A DNA stretch of 32,000 bases, from sequence record LT546029.1. One strand, given 5' to 3'. How positions within the stretch are numbered: the first letter of the stretch is position 1; each line of letters starts with the position of its first letter. Positions 1-8,763 of this stretch are shown piece after piece. The DNA is from Enterococcus phage VFW. The notes under the pieces were generated by a model that saw only the letters and a program-made list of their open reading frames with translations, searched no databases and was not told the origin of the DNA. A program made the position numbers and the translations under genes.

Positions 1-1
1 C

Positions 2-502
2 AAAAAGCTTAGTGAACCGCAAGATAAAAAATGGGCAATATACACAAGACAAAAATATTTAGTAAAACAAGATATGGTTGATGCAAAAGATATGTTGCTC
101 GGTGTATGGGGCTACAACACTAATTTTAAAGAATCACATATTCCAGATTTAGACATTTTTGATTTTACAGACTTTAAAACAGTTAAATATTTACTAACAT
201 TTAGTAAGCCAAATGTGTCAGAGAATGAAGATATGTGGTGTGTTTGGCAAGACTTTATTGAAACAGTTAAAAAAGCTAATTTAACTCAAGAGGAATTGGA
301 AATTTTTAAGTGTTTACAAGATGGGTGGAAATTACAAGAAATTAGTGATGAGTTTGGTATTAAATACCATGGACTTTACCAAACAACAATCCCAAGAATC
401 GCTAAAAAGATCATGAAGGTTGGTAACAAATATGATTGTACTGATCCTAAAATAAAAGAGAAAATTAATAACCGAAAAGAAAAAGCCAAATCACAAGAGT
501 AG
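2..502 (+). CDS. HTH / sigma-region-4-like DNA-binding protein, truncated at the 5' window edge
   Basis: The reading frame is open upstream of the listed ATG at 74 to the window edge. The C-terminal segment LTQEELEIFKCLQDGWKLQEISDEFGIKYHGLYQTTIPRIAKKI resembles a sigma region 4/LuxR-type HTH. Confidence 0.55.
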   Translation, partial: KKLSEPQDKKWAIYTRQKYLVKQDMVDAKDMLLGVWGYNTNFKESHIPDLDIFDFTDFKTVKYLLTFSKPNVSENEDMWCVWQDFIETVKKANLTQEELEIFKCLQDGWKLQEISDEFGIKYHGLYQTTIPRIAKKIMKVGNKYDCTDPKIKEKINNRKEKAKSQE

Positions 503-523
503 TTTACAAAACTACTCTTTTTT
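495..523 (+). terminator. Intrinsic terminator overlapping P1
   Basis: AGAGTAGTTT-ACA-AAACTACTCT (perfect 10-bp stem) followed by a T run. Confidence 0.8.
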
Positions 524-531
524 GATATAAT
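503..531 (+). promoter_or_regulatory. Promoter P1 (-35 TTTACA 503-508, -10 TATAAT 526-531, 17-nt spacer)
   Basis: Canonical hexamers at canonical spacing. The -35 sits in the loop of a terminator hairpin. Confidence 0.85.
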
Positions 532-561
532 ATAATTATAAAATTGAAAGGAAATGGTTTC

Positions 562-1416
562 ATGAAATATAATGAATATATTAACGGTTCCGAATGGTTA
601 GAAAAGAGTTCTAGATATTTAGAAATGTATCCAATTTGTGAATTATGTCACAAATTTCCGTCAACACAAGTTCACCATACTAGTTATGCAAGAATTGGGG
701 AAGAATTACGTAAAGATTTAATGGGAGTTTGTGATCGTTGTCACACTCATTTACATTTGTTGCCGCCAATGATTAAAGATGAAGCACGTTTGAAAAAAGC
801 AAATAAATTAATTCGTGATTTTATCAAATATCCTGAAATTAAAACAATCGCACTAAATGAATTAATGTTAAAATATTATCCGGGTAAAATTTACATGAAA
901 GAATTAGCAGAAGAAGCTTGTCCAGAAACAGCATTTTTCATGCAAAACGTTATGGAAATTTTAGATGCAGATAGTAAAAATCTTAAAGTCGATTTAATTG
1001 AAGAATTAACACGTATTGTTTATATGTTAAAAGTTCAAGCAGCAAAAAATGCTAAAAAGAAAAAAGAAGATGAAAAAATTCGAAAAGAAAAATTTGAAAA
1101 TGGTGAATTTGATTATCTTTATGATATTGCTGAACAAAGCAAAGCTGAAAAAATTAAAGAAAGTACATTGGATGAAATTTTAGAAAATCGGCGTAAAAAT
1201 TTCTGCTTAAATGAATTAAAATCGAAACCAATTTTAGGTGAAGCGATGCGGTGGGCTAATATTGAATATTTTAATGGTCAAATGTTTTTTAAACGTTCTG
1301 GAATTGATACTCCAGCTAAATTTTATTTATGCTTATATGAAAAAGGCGCTACAGAAGAATTATTTGCACATTTAGGTGGTAAGCCAAAAGATTTAGTAGG
1401 TGAATTCAATGTTTAA
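562..1416 (+). CDS. HNH-endonuclease-like protein
   Basis: CELCHKFPSTQVHHTSYARIGEELRKDLMGVCDRCHTHLH zinc/HNH-like pattern. The ATG at 562 follows AAAGGA, so the ORF track start at 544 is probably too early. Confidence 0.6.
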   Translation: MKYNEYINGSEWLEKSSRYLEMYPICELCHKFPSTQVHHTSYARIGEELRKDLMGVCDRCHTHLHLLPPMIKDEARLKKANKLIRDFIKYPEIKTIALNELMLKYYPGKIYMKELAEEACPETAFFMQNVMEILDADSKNLKVDLIEELTRIVYMLKVQAAKNAKKKKEDEKIRKEKFENGEFDYLYDIAEQSKAEKIKESTLDEILENRRKNFCLNELKSKPILGEAMRWANIEYFNGQMFFKRSGIDTPAKFYLCLYEKGATEELFAHLGGKPKDLVGEFNV

Positions 1417-2053
1417 ATCAATTATTGATTTTTTTGAAAAAATTAGGCCAAAGAATAATGCAGAGTTAATCATGGAAGCGGAAGTGACCATGATTAACAA
1501 TAAAATAAGAGAATTAAAAAATGAGATTCAATCAGCCCGTTTTGACTCTAAAGAACTCAAAAAATCACTTATCGAATTAAAAAACGATATTGAAGGTTTT
1601 TCAGAAAAAACCTCAAATAGTGATGCAAATCAAGAGAAAAACGATGATGAAGAACAATGTGAAAGTTTTCCTTCGTTTGAAAGAGGATTTTTGAAAATCT
1701 CAATGAGTTTGGACTTCAAATTTATTGAATGTGTTAAAAGTGGTCTAAACAATTTAAACGGTAAAACAATTTTATATAGTGGAGATATTACTGAAGCAAT
1801 TTTAAAAAATATTGTACCAAAAGTTGAAGGCTATGATTTATTTGACATAGAATTTGTAGACGATATTTTTGAAGGCTCTATGGTAAAAAAAGTTAATTTT
1901 TATCTAATTAAAGTATTGGATGAATCAGTAATTTATGGTGGAGACGTGGAGTTACAAAGGTATAAAAATTATTATGGTGGGGTAACCACGGAAGATATTG
2001 AAAAAAATATGCAAAAATTTTCGGAGGCATTCAAAGATGATAAAAACAGGTAA
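1409..2053 (+). CDS. Hypothetical coiled-coil-rich protein
   Basis: ORF with ATG at 1409 overlapping the previous stop. Confidence 0.6.
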   Translation: MFKSIIDFFEKIRPKNNAELIMEAEVTMINNKIRELKNEIQSARFDSKELKKSLIELKNDIEGFSEKTSNSDANQEKNDDEEQCESFPSFERGFLKISMSLDFKFIECVKSGLNNLNGKTILYSGDITEAILKNIVPKVEGYDLFDIEFVDDIFEGSMVKKVNFYLIKVLDESVIYGGDVELQRYKNYYGGVTTEDIEKNMQKFSEAFKDDKNR

Positions 2054-2204
2054 AATTGAAAAAGAAAAGTTGAATTTTTCATTGCATAAAAATGATAAAG
2101 GCGAAATTATTCGAGTGCCTTTAAAAAATAAAAAAGTTGTGAGTCGTCAAGAGCGTGTAAAAAACAATAAAATTAAAAAAGCTTTGAAAAAACGTAAAAA
2201 ATAA
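2037..2204 (+). CDS. Small basic hypothetical protein
   Basis: ATG at 2037 follows TCGGAGG. The frame overlaps the previous stop. Confidence 0.55.
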   Translation: MIKTGKIEKEKLNFSLHKNDKGEIIRVPLKNKKVVSRQERVKNNKIKKALKKRKK

Positions 2205-2205
2205 G

Positions 2206-2234
2206 TTTACAAAAATTAAAATAGTTGATATAAT
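2206..2234 (+). promoter_or_regulatory. Promoter P2 (TTTACA 2206-2211, TATAAT 2229-2234)
   Basis: 17-nt spacer. Followed by the GAAAGTAGGAATTTAATTATG leader. Confidence 0.85.
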
Positions 2235-2304
2235 ATAAATATAAATAATGATTAATGAAAATCATTAAAAATAATATAAAAGAAAAGAAAGTAGGAATTT
2301 AATT

Positions 2305-3273
2305 ATGGCAGCAAATTCATTGCGTGAAGCAGCAAATGCAATCGAGGTAGTAGGAACAGTTAAAAAAGTTGAGCTTGAAGAAAAAACAAGTCAAAAAACA
2401 GGTAAAGAAATGATTATGGGTCACATTTTAGTTGAAGTTAAAGAAAGTGCTGAACGTATTCATAATATTAAAGTGAAAGTATTTTCAATGAAACTTAATA
2501 AAAAAGGTGAAGTATCAGGACTTTATAAAGGTTATAAAACTGTTAAAGATGAATGGAAATCTGGCGATCGTGTAAAAATTACAGGCTCAATCGGATTGCA
2601 AGAATATTACTCACGTTCTGGAAATTTAGTTTCATTTAATGAAATGAAAGCTCTATTTTGTAATCGATTGGATGAAGGTGATCAAACACCAGATAAAGCA
2701 ATTGCAACAGTTGAAATGGTTGTTAAAGGTATGACACCAGAAATTGATGCGGAACAAATTCCAACAGGAAATTTAATTGTTGATGCATTCACAGTTGGAT
2801 ATAATTCAACAATTATTCCATTACAAAACTTAATTATTAATGGTGAATTAGGTCAGCAATTCCAAACTATGTATGCGCCAAATAGTACTGGTAAAATTAC
2901 AATGAAAATTAATAATTATTCTACAGTAAGTAAAGAAGAAACACCACAAGTTAGCCATGGTTTTGGTTCAACTGAAGTTGTTGAAGATACTATTGTGAAA
3001 GATTATACAAATAATTTAGAAATTATCGGTGGTGATTTACCATATCAAGATGGTGTTAATAATTACTCAATGGAAGATATTGCACAAGCTGATAAAAATC
3101 GTGAACTTGTATTACAAGAATTACAACAAAATGCTTCTGCAGCTCCACAACCAACAGCTTCTGGTTTTGGAACAACAGGTACACAGACAAGTGACCCAAT
3201 GGCAAGCGCATTTACAAATGCACCAGTAAATAATGAAGACCCATTTGCAAATGGTGGAACACCAGCATTTTAA
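2305..3273 (+). CDS. OB-fold ssDNA-binding-like protein
   Basis: The N-terminal region (VVGTVKKVELEEKTSQKTGKEMIMGHILVEV...GDRVKITGSI) looks like an OB fold. The C-tail is low complexity and ends DPFANGGTPAF. It sits in the replication module. Confidence 0.5.
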   Translation: MAANSLREAANAIEVVGTVKKVELEEKTSQKTGKEMIMGHILVEVKESAERIHNIKVKVFSMKLNKKGEVSGLYKGYKTVKDEWKSGDRVKITGSIGLQEYYSRSGNLVSFNEMKALFCNRLDEGDQTPDKAIATVEMVVKGMTPEIDAEQIPTGNLIVDAFTVGYNSTIIPLQNLIINGELGQQFQTMYAPNSTGKITMKINNYSTVSKEETPQVSHGFGSTEVVEDTIVKDYTNNLEIIGGDLPYQDGVNNYSMEDIAQADKNRELVLQELQQNASAAPQPTASGFGTTGTQTSDPMASAFTNAPVNNEDPFANGGTPAF

Positions 3274-3305
3274 TAAAATAGACAACACTTCGGTGCTCAT
3301 GTCGA

Positions 3306-3338
3306 TCTAGAGGAGATGAGTCTCCTCTAGAATTTTTT
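3306..3338 (+). terminator. Strong intrinsic terminator after the SSB-like gene
   Basis: TCTAGAGGAGA-TGAG-TCTCCTCTAGA perfect 11-bp stem, then ATTTTTT. A CAC-TTCG-GTG mini-hairpin lies just upstream. Confidence 0.85.
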
Positions 3339-3355
3339 AAAAAGGAGAAATATGT

Positions 3356-3835
3356 ATGGAAGAAGAAAAATTAACATTGGAAGAATCTTTAAAAAAATTT
3401 ATTAAAGAATCAAAAATGTCAATTATTGATAAAGTTGAAGATGCACAAACTGATTTAGAAAAAGTTATTATTTTAGAACAAACATATAATGTGATGATTG
3501 AGCAAGTTGAGGCATTTATGAAAATTTGTGATTTTGCTCAAACATTACGTAGTGATATTAATAATAAAAATAAAGCATTAGGTGAAAGAAACAATTTAAT
3601 GGGAATGGTTGAAGTTGGGCTATTTACAAAAATGGATGAAAATAATAATATTATTGCTGATCCTGATTCACCTTGCTTTGAACAAATTGATTGGGACGCT
3701 TTAGAAATTCCTTTTGTAAAACGATTAGCTAATAAATTAATTGAAAAATTACAAGACAAAATTGATAGCGAACAATTATTAAATCGTGAAATTACAAGTG
3801 ATGATATTAATTTAATTGATTGGAGCAAATTCTAA
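3356..3835 (+). CDS. Hypothetical protein
   Basis: ORF preceded by an AAGGAG ribosome site. Confidence 0.6.
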   Translation: MEEEKLTLEESLKKFIKESKMSIIDKVEDAQTDLEKVIILEQTYNVMIEQVEAFMKICDFAQTLRSDINNKNKALGERNNLMGMVEVGLFTKMDENNNIIADPDSPCFEQIDWDALEIPFVKRLANKLIEKLQDKIDSEQLLNREITSDDINLIDWSKF

Positions 3836-4263
3836 TGGAAAAAAGATTTATTGATAGTTATAAAGCAGGTTTTGAACTATTTCAAAGCGCAAGTAAAAAA
3901 ATTGCAATTTTTGAAAAATATTTAAATGAAGAAAAAAATAAAGATTTATTGAAATTATTAAAAAATAATTTCACAGACTATGGAAATGATTATTCAAAAA
4001 TATTGGAATTAGGTTCAGCAGCACATGGTCGTATGGAATTATCTAGAAAATTAAGCGAAGCATATCACCAACAAGCTATCGCGTTAAAAATGATCATGTA
4101 TCCAATTGACGAAATGATGGAAATCCATGGTGATAATGATTTAATTCGTTTCCGCGAAACTTTATGTGAGTCCATTGTGGATGAATTGCAACTCCATGGA
4201 GACGTGTCAGAAACTCGTCTTATGGAATTAGTCGCAGAAGCAATGCGAAAAAATCTGATATAA
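3835..4263 (+). CDS. Hypothetical protein
   Basis: ATG overlaps the previous stop (TAATG). Confidence 0.6.
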   Translation: MEKRFIDSYKAGFELFQSASKKIAIFEKYLNEEKNKDLLKLLKNNFTDYGNDYSKILELGSAAHGRMELSRKLSEAYHQQAIALKMIMYPIDEMMEIHGDNDLIRFRETLCESIVDELQLHGDVSETRLMELVAEAMRKNLI

Positions 4264-4266
4264 TAG

Positions 4267-4295
4267 TTTACAAAATGTACTTTAATTGATATAAT
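4267..4295 (+). promoter_or_regulatory. Promoter P4 (TTTACA 4267-4272, TATAAT 4290-4295)
   Basis: 17-nt spacer. Followed by the GAAAGTAGGAATTTAATT-ATG leader. Confidence 0.85.
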
Positions 4296-4336
4296 ATAAA
4301 AGTAAAAAGAAAAAAAAAGAAAGTAGGAATTTAATT

Positions 4337-5407
4337 ATGATTGATATTTTTAATGTTTCGCCCGTAAAAGTGAGTGTTAACCCAGCTGATTATTCAACAT
4401 TTATCTATGGAGTGCCAAAAATTGGTAAAACTACTTTAGCTTATGATTTGTATAAAGAACGTGGTTTATTTTTAGCAACTGAAGATCGCCATAAAACTTT
4501 AGCTGGTGCGAACGTAGTTCGAATCACTTCATGGGTTGATTATTTACAAGTTATGGGTCAATTAAAACAACCAAAAGCGAAAGAATTATACGATGTTATT
4601 ATTGTTGACACTGTTGAAAATTTATATAATATGCTAGAAAAATTTGTTGCAGCAAAATATAAAGAAAGTACAGTTGGAGAACGAAATGATTTATGGGGTA
4701 AAGACTGGACAGATTTGAAAAACATGTGGAAATCTGGTTTAAATATGATTGGTGAAGCAGGTTTTGTTCCATGTTTTATCGCACACGCAACTGAACAAAT
4801 GGTACAAATTCCGGCGTCTGGTGTTTTAAAATCAGATTTAGAAGGTGCTCAAGTTGAACTAAAAACTGTAAAAGGTGAAGACGGCGCTAATTTGGAAGTT
4901 TATGAATTCCAAAAATATATGCCAGATTTAAAAGATAAAGTTTTTGCTCCAATTAACCGAATGGTTGACAATATTTTATTTGCAAATACAACATTAGATG
5001 TTTCAACTGGTGAAGAACAACGCGTACTTTATTTACGTGATACATTACAATGGATGGCTGGTTCGACATTTAAAAATATTGTACCAATTGTGAAATTAAG
5101 CGCAGACAGCTATATGAAAGCAGTTGAAGCAGCTTTAGGAACAGTAGATAAAAAAGATACTAAAAAATCTGAAGAACGTAAAGTTAAACAAGAATTAGAT
5201 TTTAACGCAATTCGAGCTGAAGTAATGAAATATGGAGCTGCATTTAATGAAGCTAAAAAATTAGATGTTTTAAACAAAATTAGTGCTGATATTTTTGGTA
5301 TTGGAAATAAAATTACAGACGCTGATGAAAGTCAAGTTGAATTATTAGCTGCAGCTCTTGAAGAAATTAAGAAAAAAGCAAAACAATTAAATATTACAAT
5401 TAAATAA
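4337..5407 (+). CDS. P-loop ATPase of the RecA/Sak4-like (AAA_24-type) phage recombination family
   Basis: Walker A GVPKIGKTT, Walker B-like YDVIIVDTVENL, position in the replication operon. Confidence 0.65.
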   Translation: MIDIFNVSPVKVSVNPADYSTFIYGVPKIGKTTLAYDLYKERGLFLATEDRHKTLAGANVVRITSWVDYLQVMGQLKQPKAKELYDVIIVDTVENLYNMLEKFVAAKYKESTVGERNDLWGKDWTDLKNMWKSGLNMIGEAGFVPCFIAHATEQMVQIPASGVLKSDLEGAQVELKTVKGEDGANLEVYEFQKYMPDLKDKVFAPINRMVDNILFANTTLDVSTGEEQRVLYLRDTLQWMAGSTFKNIVPIVKLSADSYMKAVEAALGTVDKKDTKKSEERKVKQELDFNAIRAEVMKYGAAFNEAKKLDVLNKISADIFGIGNKITDADESQVELLAAALEEIKKKAKQLNITIK

Positions 5408-5412
5408 TTCAT

Positions 5413-5439
5413 AAAGAGAGATTAATTTCTCTCTTTTTT
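5413..5439 (+). terminator. Intrinsic terminator
   Basis: AAAGAGAGA-TTAATT-TCTCTCTTT followed by TTT, directly abutting promoter P5. Confidence 0.8.
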
Positions 5440-5440
5440 G

Positions 5441-5469
5441 TTTACAAAATAAAAAGAATTTGATATAAT
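5441..5469 (+). promoter_or_regulatory. Promoter P5 (TTTACA 5441-5446, TATAAT 5464-5469)
   Basis: 17-nt spacer. Confidence 0.85.
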
Positions 5470-5510
5470 ATAAATATGAAATAAAAAAAAGAAGAATGGG
5501 AGAAATTACA

Positions 5511-6080
5511 ATGGATTTTACTAATGAAGAGAAAGAAGCTATTTTAACTGCTGTTAAAGAGTTAAAACAAAAACTCCATGGAGTAGAACAGCGTGAACTG
5601 TTGGATTCAATTTCTGAAAAAATTGCTCTTGATTTAAAACCACGTGTGCATATTTATTTTGTTGGTTCTTCACGTGCAGCTGAAATTAAAATGAAAGAAG
5701 CGATTGAAAAATTAAATCGTGTATGTGATCGCAGAATTACAAATGCTACATTTAAAGGAAACGTAATTGAACACGTTCCTACTAATTTTGGTATATTCCA
5801 CAGTACAAAAGCAAAAGGACCAATGAAAGAAATATTTATTTCAATGAGCTCAAGCTGTCTTGACGGTTTAGCAGCAGATGATGTGACTATTTTATATGAT
5901 ACTTTTACAAAATTTGATGATGATAAAGTGCAACAAGCATTATGTTTAAAAGATCAAATTTTAAAACGAGTTAAAAATAATGTAAAAATTAATGTAGGTT
6001 CAACTTTATCACCAAAAGAACAAGATGAACTTACGAAAAGTATTAATAAATTGAATAATGGTAGAAAGGTGGAATTCTAA
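5511..6080 (+). CDS. Hypothetical protein
   Basis: ORF. The ATG at 5511 has a GGGAG site upstream, while the ATG at 5496 is an alternative start. Confidence 0.6.
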   Translation: MDFTNEEKEAILTAVKELKQKLHGVEQRELLDSISEKIALDLKPRVHIYFVGSSRAAEIKMKEAIEKLNRVCDRRITNATFKGNVIEHVPTNFGIFHSTKAKGPMKEIFISMSSSCLDGLAADDVTILYDTFTKFDDDKVQQALCLKDQILKRVKNNVKINVGSTLSPKEQDELTKSINKLNNGRKVEF

Positions 6081-6337
6081 TGTTAGGACCTATTGCAGGT
6101 GCGTTTTTAACAATCTGTGTATATTTAGGTTTTATCGTATTTTTCTTTTTTGTATCATACTTATTTGCGGCAATGATTGCTTCAATGTTTTTTAAATATG
6201 ATTATAAAATAAATATACATTTATATATTTGCTTATCGTTTATTGCAATTGCAATCTGTTTAACAATGATTGCGTATGTTTTAGGAGGAGTCGATTGGTT
6301 AATTGACTTACGAAATATTGGAGTTGAGAATTTATGA
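6080..6337 (+). CDS. Small membrane protein
   Basis: Several hydrophobic segments. Start codon coupled to the previous stop. Confidence 0.5.
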   Translation: MLGPIAGAFLTICVYLGFIVFFFFVSYLFAAMIASMFFKYDYKINIHLYICLSFIAIAICLTMIAYVLGGVDWLIDLRNIGVENL

Positions 6338-6543
6338 AAGATTTTTTAATCAGTTTGTTTTTTGTAATTTTACTTTTAGGATATAAGGTTTTTGTTATGT
6401 GGATCGTTGCTGCGATTTTTGCTTATGGATTCTCATTGGTATTTGGGGTTTATCTTAATGTTCAAGGACTATTCTTGATCATTTTATCATTATTTTTTCT
6501 GTCAAATACTTTATTAGGAAAAGTAAAAAAGTATGTTGATTAA
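6334..6543 (+). CDS. Small membrane protein
   Basis: Two hydrophobic segments. Start overlaps the previous stop. Confidence 0.5.
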   Translation: MKDFLISLFFVILLLGYKVFVMWIVAAIFAYGFSLVFGVYLNVQGLFLIILSLFFLSNTLLGKVKKYVD

Positions 6544-7273
6544 TGATTATAATTTAAAAAAGTTTAAAGAGAATTTTAATAATAAAAAGCGCACCAACGC
6601 TACACCACAAGAAAAATTCAAAACCATTAAGAAAGAATTGATTGAATGGTGTCAGTTCGATTCCAATGAGGGTTTAAGAACTTTCAGAGATTTAAGCTTC
6701 TATATCGAGGGTTATTCTTTAGTAATGGAATTCAGAGAAACTACAAACACACAAATGAAAATTCGATTCACATGGAATTTGTCTGAAATTACACCATTAG
6801 AAGTACAAAACTATGTCACCCATTTTTGCAAAGAAATTCTCAATGTGAAAGAGCCCCGGTTGACAATTACAGAACAATTCATGTATGAAAATTTAGGACT
6901 TTATTATCCTGAGGATAAAAATTTAGTTATCTCACTCCACTTAATTTATCAATTAAAAAGGGAGACAGTTTTAGCTATTTTACGCCATGAATTAATTCAC
7001 CATTATTGTTCCATTAATGGATTAGGAGCTAGAGATGTAGACAATGACTTTATTTCATTAATTATCAAATATGATGCATACGTCTCAATGGCGCCTAATG
7101 CGCAATATGCATATAAGAAATTCGTGGCGAATCTCGTAAAAAATGGCTCTGGTTTTGCCTCAGAGGAATTCTCTGAAGACCGTATGGAAGTTTTGTATAA
7201 AAAATGGTTATTAAAAACCAGGATTGACGAGGACACATATGGCACAACACCACATTTATACAGCTTATTTTAA
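6533..7273 (+). CDS. SprT-like zinc metalloprotease
   Basis: AILRHELIHHYCSINGLGARDVDNDF matches the HExxH SprT/zincin pattern. Confidence 0.65.
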   Translation: MLINDYNLKKFKENFNNKKRTNATPQEKFKTIKKELIEWCQFDSNEGLRTFRDLSFYIEGYSLVMEFRETTNTQMKIRFTWNLSEITPLEVQNYVTHFCKEILNVKEPRLTITEQFMYENLGLYYPEDKNLVISLHLIYQLKRETVLAILRHELIHHYCSINGLGARDVDNDFISLIIKYDAYVSMAPNAQYAYKKFVANLVKNGSGFASEEFSEDRMEVLYKKWLLKTRIDEDTYGTTPHLYSLF

Positions 7274-7312
7274 TGTTTAAAATATGAATTTTATTTAATA
7301 GGAGGACACAAT

Positions 7313-7540
7313 ATGTTAGAAAAGGCAAGAGAATTATTAGATGAATTAAATGGAGATATGTATTATCCAACTTTCGAAGAGCTAAAAGATTTAGCTGATA
7401 AAGATAAGAGGAAAACTTTTACACTTACTTGGTCATTAGCTTATGATAATCCAGGTTGTGAAGTTTACACTATATCTTTAGCTTATATCGGTAAAGATGG
7501 CACACTAGAATTAGAAACGGCAGTTAGTTATTCAGTATAG
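7313..7540 (+). CDS. Small hypothetical protein
   Basis: ORF with AGGAGG upstream. Confidence 0.55.
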   Translation: MLEKARELLDELNGDMYYPTFEELKDLADKDKRKTFTLTWSLAYDNPGCEVYTISLAYIGKDGTLELETAVSYSV

Positions 7541-7551
7541 GAGGAATTTAT

Positions 7552-7794
7552 ATGAAACATGAAACATTTATGATTCGTGCAATTGATAAAGTAGCAAAAA
7601 TGATTGGTTGCAGTGAGGATGACGTTTTTGTTGTTTGGTCTGCTAAGACATTGAAAAATAGTAAAGCAATTATGTCCGCCAAAGTAAAGGGCGCACCATT
7701 AATTGAGGTGACTATGGATGGTACAAATGGTGTAATTTACTTTGATGCTTATAAAAAGATTGAGCAACAAAAAGTGTTTTTCGTTCCTAAATAG
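7552..7794 (+). CDS. Small hypothetical protein
   Basis: ORF with AGGAGG upstream. Confidence 0.55.
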   Translation: MKHETFMIRAIDKVAKMIGCSEDDVFVVWSAKTLKNSKAIMSAKVKGAPLIEVTMDGTNGVIYFDAYKKIEQQKVFFVPK

Positions 7795-7806
7795 GAGATA
7801 ATAAAT

Positions 7807-8034
7807 ATGAAATATAATGGAAAAGAACAATATTATAGTAATAATATGTTTATTGTATTAATTGTTCTACTTTTCATTTTTCTTGGAGCAAATATTTTCT
7901 TTGGTTCAAGAATGATGTATTATAGAGACGAATATAATAATCAAAAAAATTATAATGATATGAGAGAAAGAGTTTGGAATGAAAAAAATCATGAGAAGAA
8001 TGATATTGAAAATGTTCCAAAATCTGAAGTTTAA
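7807..8034 (+). CDS. Small membrane-anchored protein
   Basis: N-terminal hydrophobic helix (MFIVLIVLLFIFLGANIFF). Confidence 0.5.
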   Translation: MKYNGKEQYYSNNMFIVLIVLLFIFLGANIFFGSRMMYYRDEYNNQKNYNDMRERVWNEKNHEKNDIENVPKSEV

Positions 8035-8038
8035 AAAT

Positions 8039-8082
8039 AAATGGGTATTTTGTAAAAAAACTGTTTACAAATGCCCATTTTT
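8039..8082 (+). terminator. Terminator hairpin containing promoter P6 -35
   Basis: AAATGGG-TA(T)-TTTGTAAA-...-TTTACAAA-TG-CCCATTT followed by TT. Confidence 0.7.
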
Positions 8083-8092
8083 AGTATATAAT
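8064..8092 (+). promoter_or_regulatory. Promoter P6 (TTTACA 8064-8069, TATAAT 8087-8092)
   Basis: 17-nt spacer. Confidence 0.85.
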
Positions 8093-8128
8093 AAATATAT
8101 AAATAAATAAAAGAAAGTAGGAATTACA

Positions 8129-8341
8129 ATGAAAAAATTTGAAGATAATCCATTTAACTTTATCGAAGATGGAATTTTTATTGAGCCAATTAAAAATCCA
8201 TTTTCATGTGAAGCAGCATATGAAGAAGCTTGCTCTCACGTATTAGGTATTATTAAAGCAAATGAAGAAGTTGGTAATGATGTGACAGTTGAAAAACAAA
8301 TGATGTCATGGTTAGACAAATTATCATATGAATATATTTAA
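8129..8341 (+). CDS. Small hypothetical protein
   Basis: ORF after the GAAAGTAGGAATTACAATG leader. Confidence 0.55.
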   Translation: MKKFEDNPFNFIEDGIFIEPIKNPFSCEAAYEEACSHVLGIIKANEEVGNDVTVEKQMMSWLDKLSYEYI

Positions 8342-8355
8342 AGGAGGAATTTGAA

Positions 8356-8730
8356 ATGGAATATATTGGAGGAAATGAAGTAACACAAGAACAATTAGAA
8401 GCATTTTTCAATAAACACAATATTGGAGAACCTGGAGACAAAGCTATCTATTGGAATGCAAAATATCAAATCAAAGATTTTGATGAACGTATTGCAGATT
8501 ATTTATTCCAAATTAGTTGTTTATCAAAAGAGTATGAAGATATGAAAAAAAGAAAAATTGAACAAGAAAACAATGATAAAATTTCAAAAATGGACTGTGT
8601 TAAAGAATGCAAACGGTTAAATAAACAAATTTTTGCTTATAAGAAATTGGTTTATGTTACTTCTATGCTTAAAGACACTTATAAAAAAGATTTAGACATT
8701 AGTTTACATTTAGACGATATAGTGATATAA
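8356..8730 (+). CDS. Hypothetical protein
   Basis: ORF with AAGGAGG ribosome site. Confidence 0.55.
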   Translation: MEYIGGNEVTQEQLEAFFNKHNIGEPGDKAIYWNAKYQIKDFDERIADYLFQISCLSKEYEDMKKRKIEQENNDKISKMDCVKECKRLNKQIFAYKKLVYVTSMLKDTYKKDLDISLHLDDIVI

Positions 8731-8731
8731 T
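8703..8731 (+). promoter_or_regulatory. Promoter P7, inside the 3' end of the preceding CDS (TTTACA 8703-8708, TATAAT 8726-8731)
   Basis: 17-nt spacer. The -10 overlaps the stop codon TAA. Confidence 0.8.
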
Positions 8732-8763
8732 ATAATTATAAAATTTTATAAGGAGTTGAGTGA

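Noticed and set aside
3029-3229. 66-aa overlapping ORF inside the SSB-like gene
   Set aside because: It is an alternate frame of a low-complexity region, with no ribosome site.
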